Made by a program: the position numbers and the translations under genes
Shown here: positions 10,221 through 30,900 of the stretch, piece after piece
Layout of the letters: each line of letters starts with the position of its first letter
How positions within the stretch are numbered: the stretch's first letter is position 1
The notes under the pieces: model-generated
Databases searched by the model: none
Told to the model about the DNA's origin: nothing
Seen by the model: only the letters and a program-made list of their open reading frames with translations
Source: Paraspadella gotoi
Lineage: Eukaryota > Animalia > Chaetognatha
Length of the DNA: 64,000 bases
Direction of reading: 5' to 3'
Assembly: GCA_051294375.1 (NCBI GenBank)
Contig: CM119263.1
Location: 3,556,785 to 3,620,784, forward strand

Positions 10221-12802
10221 ATGACGTCGGTGACCTCGCTCTCTCTCTCGTCCACGTCGAACATGGCTGACGACGCGACGACGCACGACAAGGAAAAGCA
10301 TTCCATCCATTGGTTCCGCAAAGGATTGCGATTGCACGACAATCCCGCGCTGTTGGAAGCCATCAAGGACGCCGTCACATTCAGGTGAATCCGTTTATTT
10401 ATTTTTTTGAGGGGGGGGGTTCCTCTATAAATCGATCGGTATTTACGATTTGAACTTTGCCAACAATTTGACATTTACTAAGGTGTATATATATAATCGA
10501 TCCTTGGTTCGCGGGAACAACCAACGTCGGCATCAACAAATGGAGGTAAGGGTTTGTAAAACTAAAATAAAATCATAATTTATAAATTAAGCTATATTGT
10601 TCACTGGTTTTGGACGAAATAATAACACAGAGAGACGCTTCAAGTTTTCAATCACTTTGTCTAGTTAAATATCTCCCAAATACTTGGGATCCTTATCTAC
10701 TGGATAAAAGGAGCACTCCCTAATTTAATTTTTAGCTTAAACTTTGACCACATCCGTATTTAATTTGTGCGACCATGAATGACTTTCTGAACAACTGCCA
10801 TTTCGTCACCTTACCTTTACTTACCTTTTTTTTTAGATTTCTCCTCCAATCTCTCGAGGATTTGGATCTTTCCCTCCGCCGACTCGGTTCCAGACTGTTC
10901 GTCATCAAAGGCCAACCTCCCCAAGTCTTGCCCAAACTGTTCCAGGTGCTCGCAGCGCAGTACAAATTATCTCAGTGCAGCGGATCACAGTACTGCTGTG
11001 GAATTTTCCTTTTATTAAGGCTTGATGATGCAACTTTTAAACTTTTTTTCAGATTAAACTATTGAATTGATTATAAAACAATTAAAATATTCTCTCGCCA
11101 GGAGTGGAACATAACCCACCTGACTTTTGAAGAAGACCCCGAGCCCCATGGCAAGGAAAAGGACAAAAGAGTCAAGCAACAGGCCGTCGACATGAACGTC
11201 AAAGTCGTCATCAAAACTTCCCACACTCTTTACAATTTGGACGAGTAAGTTAAATTTAAATTTTAAGAATTTTTTGTTTTTCATCGTAATTTTCCAAGCT
11301 TGTAAAAAAAAATTTCACGCAAATCTTGATTGATAAATTGGATCTTGACTAAATTCCAATATCGACTTAATGGAATATTTTATCGAGGATGCTGAAGTTG
11401 ATTACAGGGTGATTACAGGTGGTTACAGGGTGATTACGGAATTTATTTTTTGAACAGTTAAAATTAGTCAGTGTTAACGAGATTTTTAATTTTTTTTTTT
11501 TTTGTAGACCAAAAAATTTTGATCGGCAAAAGTTACAATTTCGTTAAAATATTTTTTTACCCATCAATTTCACGTTCCTTTCCTCATCTTTTTCCCATTA
11601 TCCTCATCACCATCTCTATCACCATCTCTTTCACCAACCCCTCATTCTCTCCGCCAACCATTTTACCCTCCCCCTCAAGGATCTTCGCCAAGAACGGCGG
11701 AAGCGCCCCCCTCACTTACAAACGGTTCCAAACCATCGCCTCGGCCATCGGACCTCCAGTGACGCCGGTGGAGACTCTCTCTAAGGATCTCATCGGCGGC
11801 GCCAAGTCGCCTGTCGAGGCGGATCACGACGAGAAGTTCGGAGTTCCTTCGCTGCAGGATTTGGGTGAGTTGGGATCTGGGTAAGGTTTAAATATGATCT
11901 GGGTAAGGTTCCGAGAATCTTTGGGTCATAGAGTTAGCGATAAACGTTTAACAAGCGAAACGAGCTAAACAAGCTAAAATACAGTAAGTCTCCGTACAGC
12001 TTAGTAGTTCTTAAAAACTTGAACCTCATTTCTGGCAAATCGGCTGTCTTTCTCTATTTTGTGAGACTTAATTCAGTTAAACAAACTGTTCTGAAAAATG
12101 AAAACACTTCACTTTCACGCACAATTCTCCTTTCCTCTTGTCCTTCTCCCCTTAAGACTTCGAGACGGAGAGCCTCGACCCCTCCACTTACCCCGGGGGT
12201 GAGTCAACCGCCCTCGCCCGTCTAGACCGCCATCTGGAGAGAAAGGCGTGGGTGGCGTCGTTCGAACGACCGAAGATGACGACGCAGAGTCTCTTCGCCA
12301 ATCAATACTGCGTCTCGCCCTACCTCCGGTTCGGATGTCTCTCACCCAGACTCTTTTATTGGAAACTCACTGAATTGTATAAAAAGGTGAAGAGCTCAAA
12401 AGTTTATGAGGTTATTTGTCTTTTGAAAAAGATTAAGTAAAGAAACAAAAATCATGCTGAGATAAACAAAATTCATTTTATTCTTTCATTCGTTCATTCA
12501 TTCATTCATTCATTCATTCATTCATTCATTCATTCATTCATCTATTGTTTATCCATCCATCTATTCATTCATTCCTTCAATCAGTAATTCCTCCATCTAA
12601 TCCATCCATCCATCCATCCATCCTTAGGTCAAGAACGAAAAGGCTCCGATCACCCTCTACGGTCAACTCCTCTGGCGGGAGTTTTTCTACGCAGCGGCGA
12701 CGCGGAATCCCAACTTCGACCAGATGGTCGGCAACGATATTTGCATCAAGATTCCATGGGACAAGAATCCAGTGGCCCTGGCGAAATGGGCCGAAGGGAT
12801 GA

Positions 12803-12853
<51 letters not shown>

Positions 12854-13104
12854 AGAGAGAGAGAGAGAGAGAGAGAGAGATATTTGCATCAAGATTCCAT
12901 GGGACAAGAATCCAGTGGCCCTGGCAAAATGGGCCGAAGGGATGACGTGGAGAGAGAGAGAGAGAGAGAAGGGAGAGAGAGAGAGGGAGGCAGAGAGAGA
13001 GAGAGAGAGATATTTGCATCAAGATTCCATGGGACAAGAATCCAGTGGCCCTGGCGAAATGGGCCGAAAGGATAACGGGTGAGAGAGAGAGACAGAGAGA
13101 GAGT

Positions 13105-13161
<57 letters not shown>

Positions 13162-15008
13162 AAGAAAGAATGTTAATCTGTTTCCATCGCCAATCCACAT
13201 TTCAAGGATTCCCCTGGATCGACGCCATCATGACCCAACTTCGCAAAGAAGGATGGATCCATCATCTCGCTCGTCACGCTACCGCGTGTTTCCTCACGAG
13301 AGGAAACTTGTGGCTTTCCTGGGAGGAGGGCATGAAGGTGAGTCTTCTTTTCTGGGATGGGTGAGTTATAAATAGCATCACAGATGTGTTTCCGGGTTTC
13401 GTTCATCTGTGATGATAGTTTGGTTGGTTGTGTGGGCGATAGAAATGAATGAAAAGAATAGAACGAAAAGCATGGGAAGATAAAAAGCATGAAAAGGATA
13501 ATGAAAAAAGCATGGAAACGATATTGGGGTAATGGAAAAGATTGAAGATGTACTTAATATTTAAACCTCGCAGGTTTTCGACGAGTACATGCTGGACGCT
13601 GATTGGTCCGTCAACGCAGGCTCGTGGATGTGGCTCTCTTGCTCATCCTTTTTTCAACAATTTTTTCATTGCTACTGTCCCGTTGGCTTCGGCAAAAGAT
13701 GCGATCCAAATGGAGATTTCGTCAGGTTTAAGAGGCTGTGGAATGTGGATGTCGCTGTTGCTCTTTAATATCTTTTCTTGTTGCATTTGGTTGATGACGC
13801 AAACGCTAAATCTCCACCTCCAGGCACTACCTGCCCGCGCTGAAGGGCTTCTCCGCCAAGTACATCTTCGAGCCGTGGACGGCGCCCATCGAGGTGCAGA
13901 AGGCGGCCAAGTGCGTCATCGGCAAGAACTACCCATTGCCCATGTGCAATCACGCCGAAGTCGCAAGAATCAACATCGAGAGGATGAAGTTGGTGAGGAA
14001 AATGAATTGTCGTTGTTGCAGTTATATCGTCGTTGTTGTTATCCATGTTATCTTGATTAGTGTAAAGTACTTGGCTTCCTCATTCTCGCGTGTCTAATTA
14101 ATCTTGTAAAGATTTTTTCTCAATTTTTATAGTTCGGGTTTAATCAACAGCTGTTTCGTCACGTTTGTATATAGATATAAAGTAACATTTAAAGCTTAAT
14201 CTTTTAAAAATATTTATCTTGGCTCGTCTCCAGTAAATTCTTTTTAAACAATTTTTTTCTGCATTTGTAATCTTTTTCTTCTTGTTCTTTAATCGAGTCA
14301 GTGACCAGAGTGAACTCTAGACTAGTAATTGTTTGTTTTTTTTTGGGGGGGGGGGAATTTTAGTTTTGATAAGTTCAATGTCCAAAGTTTTCGAAAGGAA
14401 TAAAAGTTCAGAGTCAAGTAGTTAAATCGAGGAAAATCTTCATAATATTTTTTTTTAATGTCCTATTTTTGAATTTCAGTTTTATACATTTCATAATCCG
14501 TCATTTTGTTTTTAAAACCTCACATTTCAGGTCTATCAGCAAATCTCTCGTTGCGGCAGCTCCGCCATCTTGCCGAGTCTTGGCAAAGGAAAAGAAAAGG
14601 AAGGCAAAGACAAAAGACTCGATTCTGAGGTTAGATAAATATTGAGTTGAGAGTATTCAATCGAAATTATATTGAATTAACTTAAACGAAGACATGAAAT
14701 ATTACATTTTACCCGTTCGTTTGTCCTGGACAACTAACATCTACGCAAGTCTTTTTTTCATTTCTCAGAAAAACTCTGAATTTAAACGACAGCATCCCGC
14801 GACGTTCAAGATTCCTCAAGCCGTTGGTTCGACGACAATGACGACGCCGACGACGACGACGGCCATGACGACGACAACGGCGATGACATTGTCGACGATG
14901 ACAACGACGATGAAATCATCTTCTTCCGACGACACGATGGCTGCCGTCGAGTCCCTCATCAGCCTCAGAAACTCTGTCGTTGATGAACAGATGTTGCCAG
15001 ATGCGTAG
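10221..15008 (+). CDS. cry2: Vertebrate-type (repressor) cryptochrome CRY-m/CRY2, 12 exons, 620 aa
   Basis: Exons 10221-10384, 10483-10545, 10837-10945, 11102-11244, 11680-11864, 12157-12386, 12628-12805, 13207-13337, 13574-13725, 13824-13992, 14531-14629 and 14769-15008 are all GT-AG, phase-compatible and total 1863 nt without internal stops. Motifs: [136 protein letters not shown] and the coiled-coil helix [27 protein letters not shown] marks the CRY-m clade. An alternative in-frame ATG lies at 10263. Confidence 0.95.
12737..13170 (+). repeat. Three tandem copies of the CRY exon-7 3' end and donor, separated by (GA)n
   Basis: atatttgcatcaagattccatgggacaagaatccagtggccctggc(g/a)aaatgggccgaa..gac(g)gg at ~12737-12810 (the real exon end), ~12880-12950 and ~13010-13083, each followed by (GA)n. 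Confidence 0.9.
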
Positions 15009-15523
15009 ATGGTTGAGGAGATGTTGCCCGAATCACGTGTTTCCCGATAATTGTCATTTTGCTTTTAACTAGTCGTGTGTATATTTGTTGCATTTTTATT
15101 ATTTTTTATTGTCGCTCCGTATTGCTTTTACCGAATAAAAAAAATTGTAATAAAATTAAATCTTTTTTGTATCGTCATTTGTAAATAGCTTTTTAGCTGT
15201 TTGTAAAAAGGGAATAAAGATACTTTTCATTGTGTACGTGATTCCAGTAACCATTCGCCCTTTATCAGCACAACTACAACCAAAGAGATAACAATAGAAA
15301 TTATCGAATAAGGAATTTTTTTTTTCATATCTTTCTAACGATGACAAGAAAGAAAAACGTCGCTTTCTTACTTAACTTATAGCCATTTTTTAACAAAGTC
15401 AGAATTGTCTTATTTGCTTAGTCATTTAAACATTTAAAATGTTCAGAATCACGAATTTGTTATATTCAATCCGAATCTCCGTATAAATTAAGCTTTAATC
15501 AAAGCCGCTACAGTTTTGAACGG

Positions 15524-20285
<4,762 letters not shown>

Positions 20286-21469
20286 TTTAAAAAAACGAAA
20301 GCGGATTTTCTTTAATACTAGCTCCATTCCCTGATCCTAATGTACGTCTATTTCTCGTGTTAATTTATGACAATTAAAAATAGATCCGACAAGTTTTTTT
20401 TATTGGTCTATTTCTGACAGATAGAAAAAAAAGAACATTTTGACAACTGGCAAAAAGGTTTCACGTTTAACACACGAAAAATGTCTAAAACTGGAACGAG
20501 AAAAGGAGTTAAGGGGAGGAACATCTGAATCGCTGTGTCGTTAGTCTTTAACCGTCAAGACATTGTTTGGACGGGCCGTCTGTAGGCTCCAATTCCACAC
20601 TGGGCAGTAAATTACAAAAAAAAAATAAATAAATAAAATAAATAAATACAAATTATTACTTTTTTGGCGAATGAGTACAGGATTTCTTTTTTCTTTTTTT
20701 TTCCTTTTTTTTTTTGAATGGAGGAGAGGGTTTTTAAGAGGAGGCATGAAATGAAGCCATTTTCTCCTTTAGACGTGGCATGAGAACATTCCTTTAAAGA
20801 CTGACAACATTTGCATAAAATACGCACGTGGTAACACAATTGGTTAAAACAATACTTTTTTTTTGGCAACATGATCGGTCTGAGGAAAAAAAATGAAAAT
20901 GGAATTTTTTTTTCTTCTTCGAAATATTTTTAAAAATTTTGAGATTAAGTAAGAGAGAAAAAATATAACCTCTTATTTCACTTTTATATTTTTTTTTCCC
21001 TAAATTTCAGAAAAAAAAGGCTTTGCGAATTATTATTTTTTATATCAGAAATGTAATGATGCTTATTATTTAATTCTCATTTCGTTTTTGTTTGGAATTG
21101 CAGAATTTTATTTTTGTCTTTGCAATTTAAAATACGGAAGAACTTTGACTTTCCACCCTAACATTGTTTGAATTTCTAAACGACGTAACGTAATAAAAAA
21201 AAAGTTTTATCGGTGGACTGCATAACGTAACAGTGGATAAAATAATTATGCACAACTCATGCACAATCTTCAACTAATTAAATTAAATGTTAAATGAGGC
21301 GCGCATCAAAACCTTTAACTAAAATTTGAGGTTTCTTTCCAAAAAAAATTTCAAAGGTAATGTCAGGATTAGCCTGGAAAAGTCTAACCAGATGCGCGAT
21401 AATAATAATAATAATAATAATGAATAATAATAGTAATGACAATAACTATGCTATTCATGAGTGTTGAGA

Positions 21470-25175
<3,706 letters not shown>

Positions 25176-27989
25176 CTGGGGGGGTGAGAAAAAGGGGTGG
25201 GAGAGGGGGGTGGGAGGAGGGGATGGGTGAGTTAAAGAGAGAGTTTGGACGTAATGCGGTATTGGGTAAGGAATGCCTGATATCGATAAATGACGTTGGG
25301 ATAAGTTTCGGGGGAAATTGAAGGGTGAGGTCAATGCAGGGTGAGGACAATGATAATTTGGAGGAAGGGTCGATCGAGTGGAATTATAGCGCGTAAAAAC
25401 CACCAAGAGACATTGTCTCGATTAATATTTAAACTAATAAATATGAAAATTCTAAAAAAAAAATATTTTTATAGACTTTTAAATGATATATTGTTAATAA
25501 CGCTGCTTGAAAGATTCACGGTACAAGAGACAATTTAGTTATGAGACAAAAACAAATCGGACAGAAAAAGCGACCAAACATATTTATCAATTTATTACAA
25601 CGAATTGTCATCTAAAATATTTGTTTGGCAAAAAACCTGAGTTTCCTAACCTGGTCATTGACCCTTGCCTTTGATCCCAGGATCAGAAAAGTTGTTTTAC
25701 TTTCGTTCCATTCCATTTCCTTACATTCCTTTAGGTTTCATTTTTAGTTAATAATGTTGTTATGTCACGAGAAGTATTTACAAATAAGTAGTTTTTATAT
25801 AAAAATTATTTATAAATTCAAAGTATTTGTTGTAAATCAAAGGCAATAAAAATTTAAAATGCTTCCCTCCGCTAGTAAGAGTTAACCGAAACTGTAGCCG
25901 ATGAGTTAATTGTATATAAAAACTTATTTGGACAACTGTTTATTTTTTCTTTTTCGTCTCTAGCTTATTCAGAACTCGTTAGTTACTAAACGCTGAGTGA
26001 TGCGTTTTTATCGAATTCAACAAGTGAGTTCAGTACACTACAGGAGCATGATTCGTAATTCGTTAATCGTGATACTTTAAATATGGCGTAGATAATTGGA
26101 TCACGGAGATCGTGAAGGAAGGATTTCGCCAATTCCGCACGTTCGATGTTCGTCCACGGTCACCGTGCACGAATGTCTTTCGGTGGAANNNNNNNNNNNN
26201 NNNNNNNNNNNNNCTTTTTCTCTCTAGCTTATTCAGACTCGTTAGTTACTAACGTGATATGCGTTTTATTTCGAATTCAACAAGGTTGATTCAGTANNNN
26301 NNNNNNNNNNNNNNNNNNNNNNNNNNNNNNNNNNNNNNNNNNNNNNNNNNNNNNNNNNNNNNNNNNNNNNNNNNNNNNNNNNNNNNNNNNNNNNNNNNNN
26401 NNNNNNNNNNNNNNNNNNNNNNNNNNNNNNNNNNNNNNNNNNNNNNNNNNNNNNNNNNNNNNNNNNNNNNNNNNNNNNNNNNNNNNNNNNNNNNNNNNNN
26501 NNNNNNNNNNNNNNNNNNNNNNNNNNNNNNNNNNNNNNNNNNNNNNNNNNNNNNNNNNNNNNNNNNNNNNNNNNNNNNNNNNNNNNNNNNNNNNNNNNNN
26601 NNNNNNNNNNNNNNNNNNNNNNNNNNNNNNNNNNNNNNNNNNNNNNNNNNNNNNNNNNNNNNNNNNNNNNNNNNNNNNNNNNNNNNNNNNNNNNNNNNNN
26701 NNNNNNNNNNNNNNNNNNNNNNNNNNNNNNNNNNNNNNNNNNNNNNNNNNNNNNNNNNNNNNNNNNNNNNNNNNNNNNNNNNNNNNNNNNNNNNNNNNNN
26801 NNNNNNNNNNNNNNNNNNNNNNNNNNNNNNNNNNNNNNNNNNNNNNNNNNNNNNNNNNNNNNNNNNNNNNNNNNNNNNNNNNNNNNNNNNNNNNNNNNNN
26901 NNNNNNNNNNNNNNNNNNNNNNNNNNNNNNNNNNNNNNNNNNNNNNNNNNNNNNNNNNNNNNNNNNNNNNNNNNNNNNNNNNNNNNNNNNNNNNNNNNNN
27001 NNNNNNNNNNNNNNNNNNNNNNNNNNNNNNNNNNNNNNNNNNNNNNNNNNNNCTTTTTCTCTCTAGCTTATTCAGACTCGTTAGTTACTAACTTAATGTA
27101 TTTCGTAATCGTATATTTAAATATGGAGTAGATAATTGATCGCGGAGATCGTAAGCGATTTCCCAATCGCCTTTCATTTCGTCCAGCGTCACCTGCAGAA
27201 TTCTTTCGGTGGNNNNNNNNNNNNNNNNNNNNNNNNNNNNNNNNNNNNNNNNNNNNNNNNNNNNNNNNNNNNNNNNNNNNNNNNNNNNNNNNNNNNNNNN
27301 NNNNNNNNNNNNNNNNNNNNNNNNNNNNNNNNNNNNNNNNNNNNNNNNNNNNNNNNNNNNNNNNNNNNNNNNNNNNNNNNNNNNNNNNNNNNNNNNNNNN
27401 NNNNNNNNNNNNNNNNNNNNNNNNNNNNNNNNNNNNNNNNNNNNNNNNNNNNNNNNNNNNNNCGCGAAGGAGCCCGACGACAATGCCGCCATTTTATTTG
27501 TTGGCAATAATTAAGTTTCAAAGTTCAAAGTTTTTATTTTTAATGATATCACTTTTATATTTTTAATTTCTTTTCATCGAAGTTGTTTTGAATTAACGAT
27601 TAGTTGATTAAAACAAATTAGTTCTCTTTGATCTGACGAAAATGTTTGCATCGAAAATGTTCTCATTTTATTTAGTTCGAAATTTTTAATCACGAACTTC
27701 TTGGCAGAGAATTTTTTTTCTTTTCTAAAATGTAATTTTAAAAATAATTTTGTTAATTAATGTTTTTTTTAAAATTGCCATCACACCCAGTAATTTTCTA
27801 TCATTATCCGTCATTGGCCGTCATTAACCATCATTCACAAGTCATTCAGAGTTATTTTGAGACATTCACAGTCATTCACAGTCATTCAGAGTCATTCACT
27901 GCCTTCATTCACCCAGTTTCCCCTCAATTGTCTTTCTAGAATCGCAGCTGCGCCTGGGGTGATCAGAAAGAGAGAGAGAGAGAGAGAGA

Positions 27990-30900
27990 TTTTTTTTTTT
28001 GAATGAGCGAGAGGCTTTTATTTAGAGGAGGCATGAAATGAAGCCATTTTCTTCCTTTAGACGTGGCATGAGAACATTCCTTTAAAGAACTGACAACATT
28101 TGCATAAAATACGCACCGCGTAGGGGTAACACGAAAATTGGGTTTAAAGTTAAAACAATACTTTTTTTTGGAACAGATCGGTCTGAGGAAAAAAAATGAA
28201 CAAATGGACATTTTTTTCTTCTTCGAAATATTTTTAAAAAATTTGAGCATCTTAATTAAGAGACGAAAAAATTATAACCTCTTATTTCACTTTATATTTT
28301 TTCCCCTCAAATTTCACGAAAAAAAAGGCGCTTTGCGAAATTATTAATTTTTATATCAGAAAAAATTGTAAGATGCTTATTATTTAATTCTCATTTCTTT
28401 TTTGTTTGGAATATGCAGAAATAGAATTTATTTTATTTTGTCTTCTGCAACATTTAAAACGGAAACTTGACTTTCCACCCTAACATTTTTTGAATTTCCT
28501 AAACGACACGCCGTAACGTAAGTAACAAAAAAATTTTACGGTGGACTGTGCCCATAACGTACAGTGGATAAATAATTATGCACACAACTCACTGCACAAT
28601 CTTTCAACTAATGTACATTAAATGTTAAATGAGGCGCGCATCAAAACGCTTTAACGTAAAATTTGAGGTCTTTCCAAAAAAAAATTTCAGATTAGCCTGG
28701 AAAAGTTTAACCAGATATGCGCGATAATAATAATAATAATAATAATAATGATAATATAGTAATGACAATAACTATGCTATCATGAAGTGTGAGATTAAAT
28801 ACGGTTTATGTCAAACATGGGTGGATACTTGACTGAATATTCGCATCGTCCATGAAATTGAAGCGAAATCATAATGAACAACAAGATTAAATAATAAATT
28901 AATAATAAAAACGTTAAGAAAACATGGTTGCGATGAAAATATTAAAAGAATTTTAAACAAGAGAAATGTCAACAGAATGATAATGTGACAGGTTCAGGAA
29001 CCTTTAACAAACCATTAAAAGGAAATAAAATCTACTAATTGATTTTTTACCAACAAGAACGGTTTAATTTCAATGTCATGTGTTGCGCCGCAGTACTGTA
29101 TTTTCACGTGATCATATTGATATGACATCATGACTAAAAAAACTTTCTTTGCCCGCGTATTTATACACGCACTGCGTTAAAAATTCCGTATTTTAAACCT
29201 TTTTATTTTAAACCTTTTATTTTAAGATCATTCTCAAGCGGCCCGCTAGCAGTCCTTAGATTCTAAGTTTATTTCTATCTTTAACACAACATGAGGGCAA
29301 CTAACTATATGCGAATTATTATGCATTTTAACGTAAGTGGACAGACGGACAGACATACCCACGGACAAAGACCATACGACAGCCCGACAGACAGACCGAG
29401 CGAAAAGTTTACCCCTCATCGAACGTTGCTCCGCGACGTACTCGCCGGGCGCAAATTAAACAAACACAAGAAAGTCTTACATTGACGGCAATGTTTCCAT
29501 GATTTCTAGAGAAATATGACGCCACATCGCCATTTGCGTCCATTTTCGGATTTGAAAAAATGTAACCCCCGTGTGGTGAGAGAGAGAGAAGAGGGAGAGA
29601 GGGGAAAGAAGAGAGAGGCCATGAGAGGAGGGAAAGACGAGGAGAGAGAGAGAGAGAAGAGAGAAGAGAAGAACGGAGAGAAGGAGAGAGAGAGACCGAC
29701 CTGAAAAATTGGCTTCGACAATGATTCCTTGGAGCGTCTTCTTCGACGATCGGATCCCGCGTATCTCCCCCATCATTCCTATAAATTAGCCCCCGTCACG
29801 ATGCTCGTTCATTTCCTAGAAAATGAGTGTCTGCGTTAAATATTTGCATGAATTACACGAAAAAGAAAAAATAGTATTTATACTGAATGAAATGAATAAA
29901 ATTTTTTGTATTGTTGGTTCCCAATTTAGTCTGTTTTTTCGATAACGATCATAAGACAACGATATTTTTTTTTTAAAATCCATTTTCCCGCGCGGTCATA
30001 GAAATTTTAGAATTGTTCATAGGCATTTGTAAAGTACCACACTACTATGAATCAAAAACATACCTCCTGCGTAATGATATCCTCTCCGTGATATCATACA
30101 GAGAGGGAATGCCCATTGAGTTTTTCCAAGTCGTTTCCTCGCGAAAAGAACCGAGGAGTCCGACCACGAATTCTGTTCGTAATAACTATATTTGTTATAA
30201 AAATATTATTATAATAAAAAAAGTTTTTTTTAAAGTTTCTATAAGAAAGTTTATGAATGAATGTGGAAAAAAATATCTTAATATATAACTATTTATTTAT
30301 TTACTTCAATTTATTATCATTATTTTGTATTTATTATATTGTATCTAAGCGTGTGTTTTTTTTACTATATTTTATTTAATTAAAAGAAAAGAAGGTTAGA
30401 ATAAATAAAAAAAATTAAAAGACAAATAAAAATCTGAAATAAAAGAATTAATGGTACATGAGTGCTCTATATTCAAAATCTACTTTAATTACTAATTTAA
30501 TCATTATTACTTTTATATCTATTATAGTATTTTATGCTTTTTTTTCATTATTGTGCGCCGCGAATACTCCGCGAAGAATTCTATAAGTCCCTTTTCGGTC
30601 GTTCTGTCGGTCGGTTCTTCGGAGTGTCGGTCCATCGGTCGGTATTGTCTGTCCGTCGGTCTGTCCCACTACGTTGAGAACGTTTATAAACTTGCCAAAA
30701 TCTAAGTGACTACTAGCGCCGCCTTTTGTTTTAAAGAAAATACAAGGGAATAAGAAAGTTAAAAAGAAAAGTATTCGCGGCGCAACACCTGGAATATAAC
30801 CATCCTTGTTTATTTAAAAGATTAATCGCCTCAACATCACACTTAACCTTAAGGAGATGGGCCGTTTCGGTCCGAATCGAATGTATTAAAAACGTAAGCC

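Noticed and set aside
12157-12230. Suspected frameshift in cry exon 6
   Set aside because: Recounting shows a continuous frame ([23 protein letters not shown]).
26189-27521. Long ORFs full of X
   Set aside because: Read-through of N gaps.
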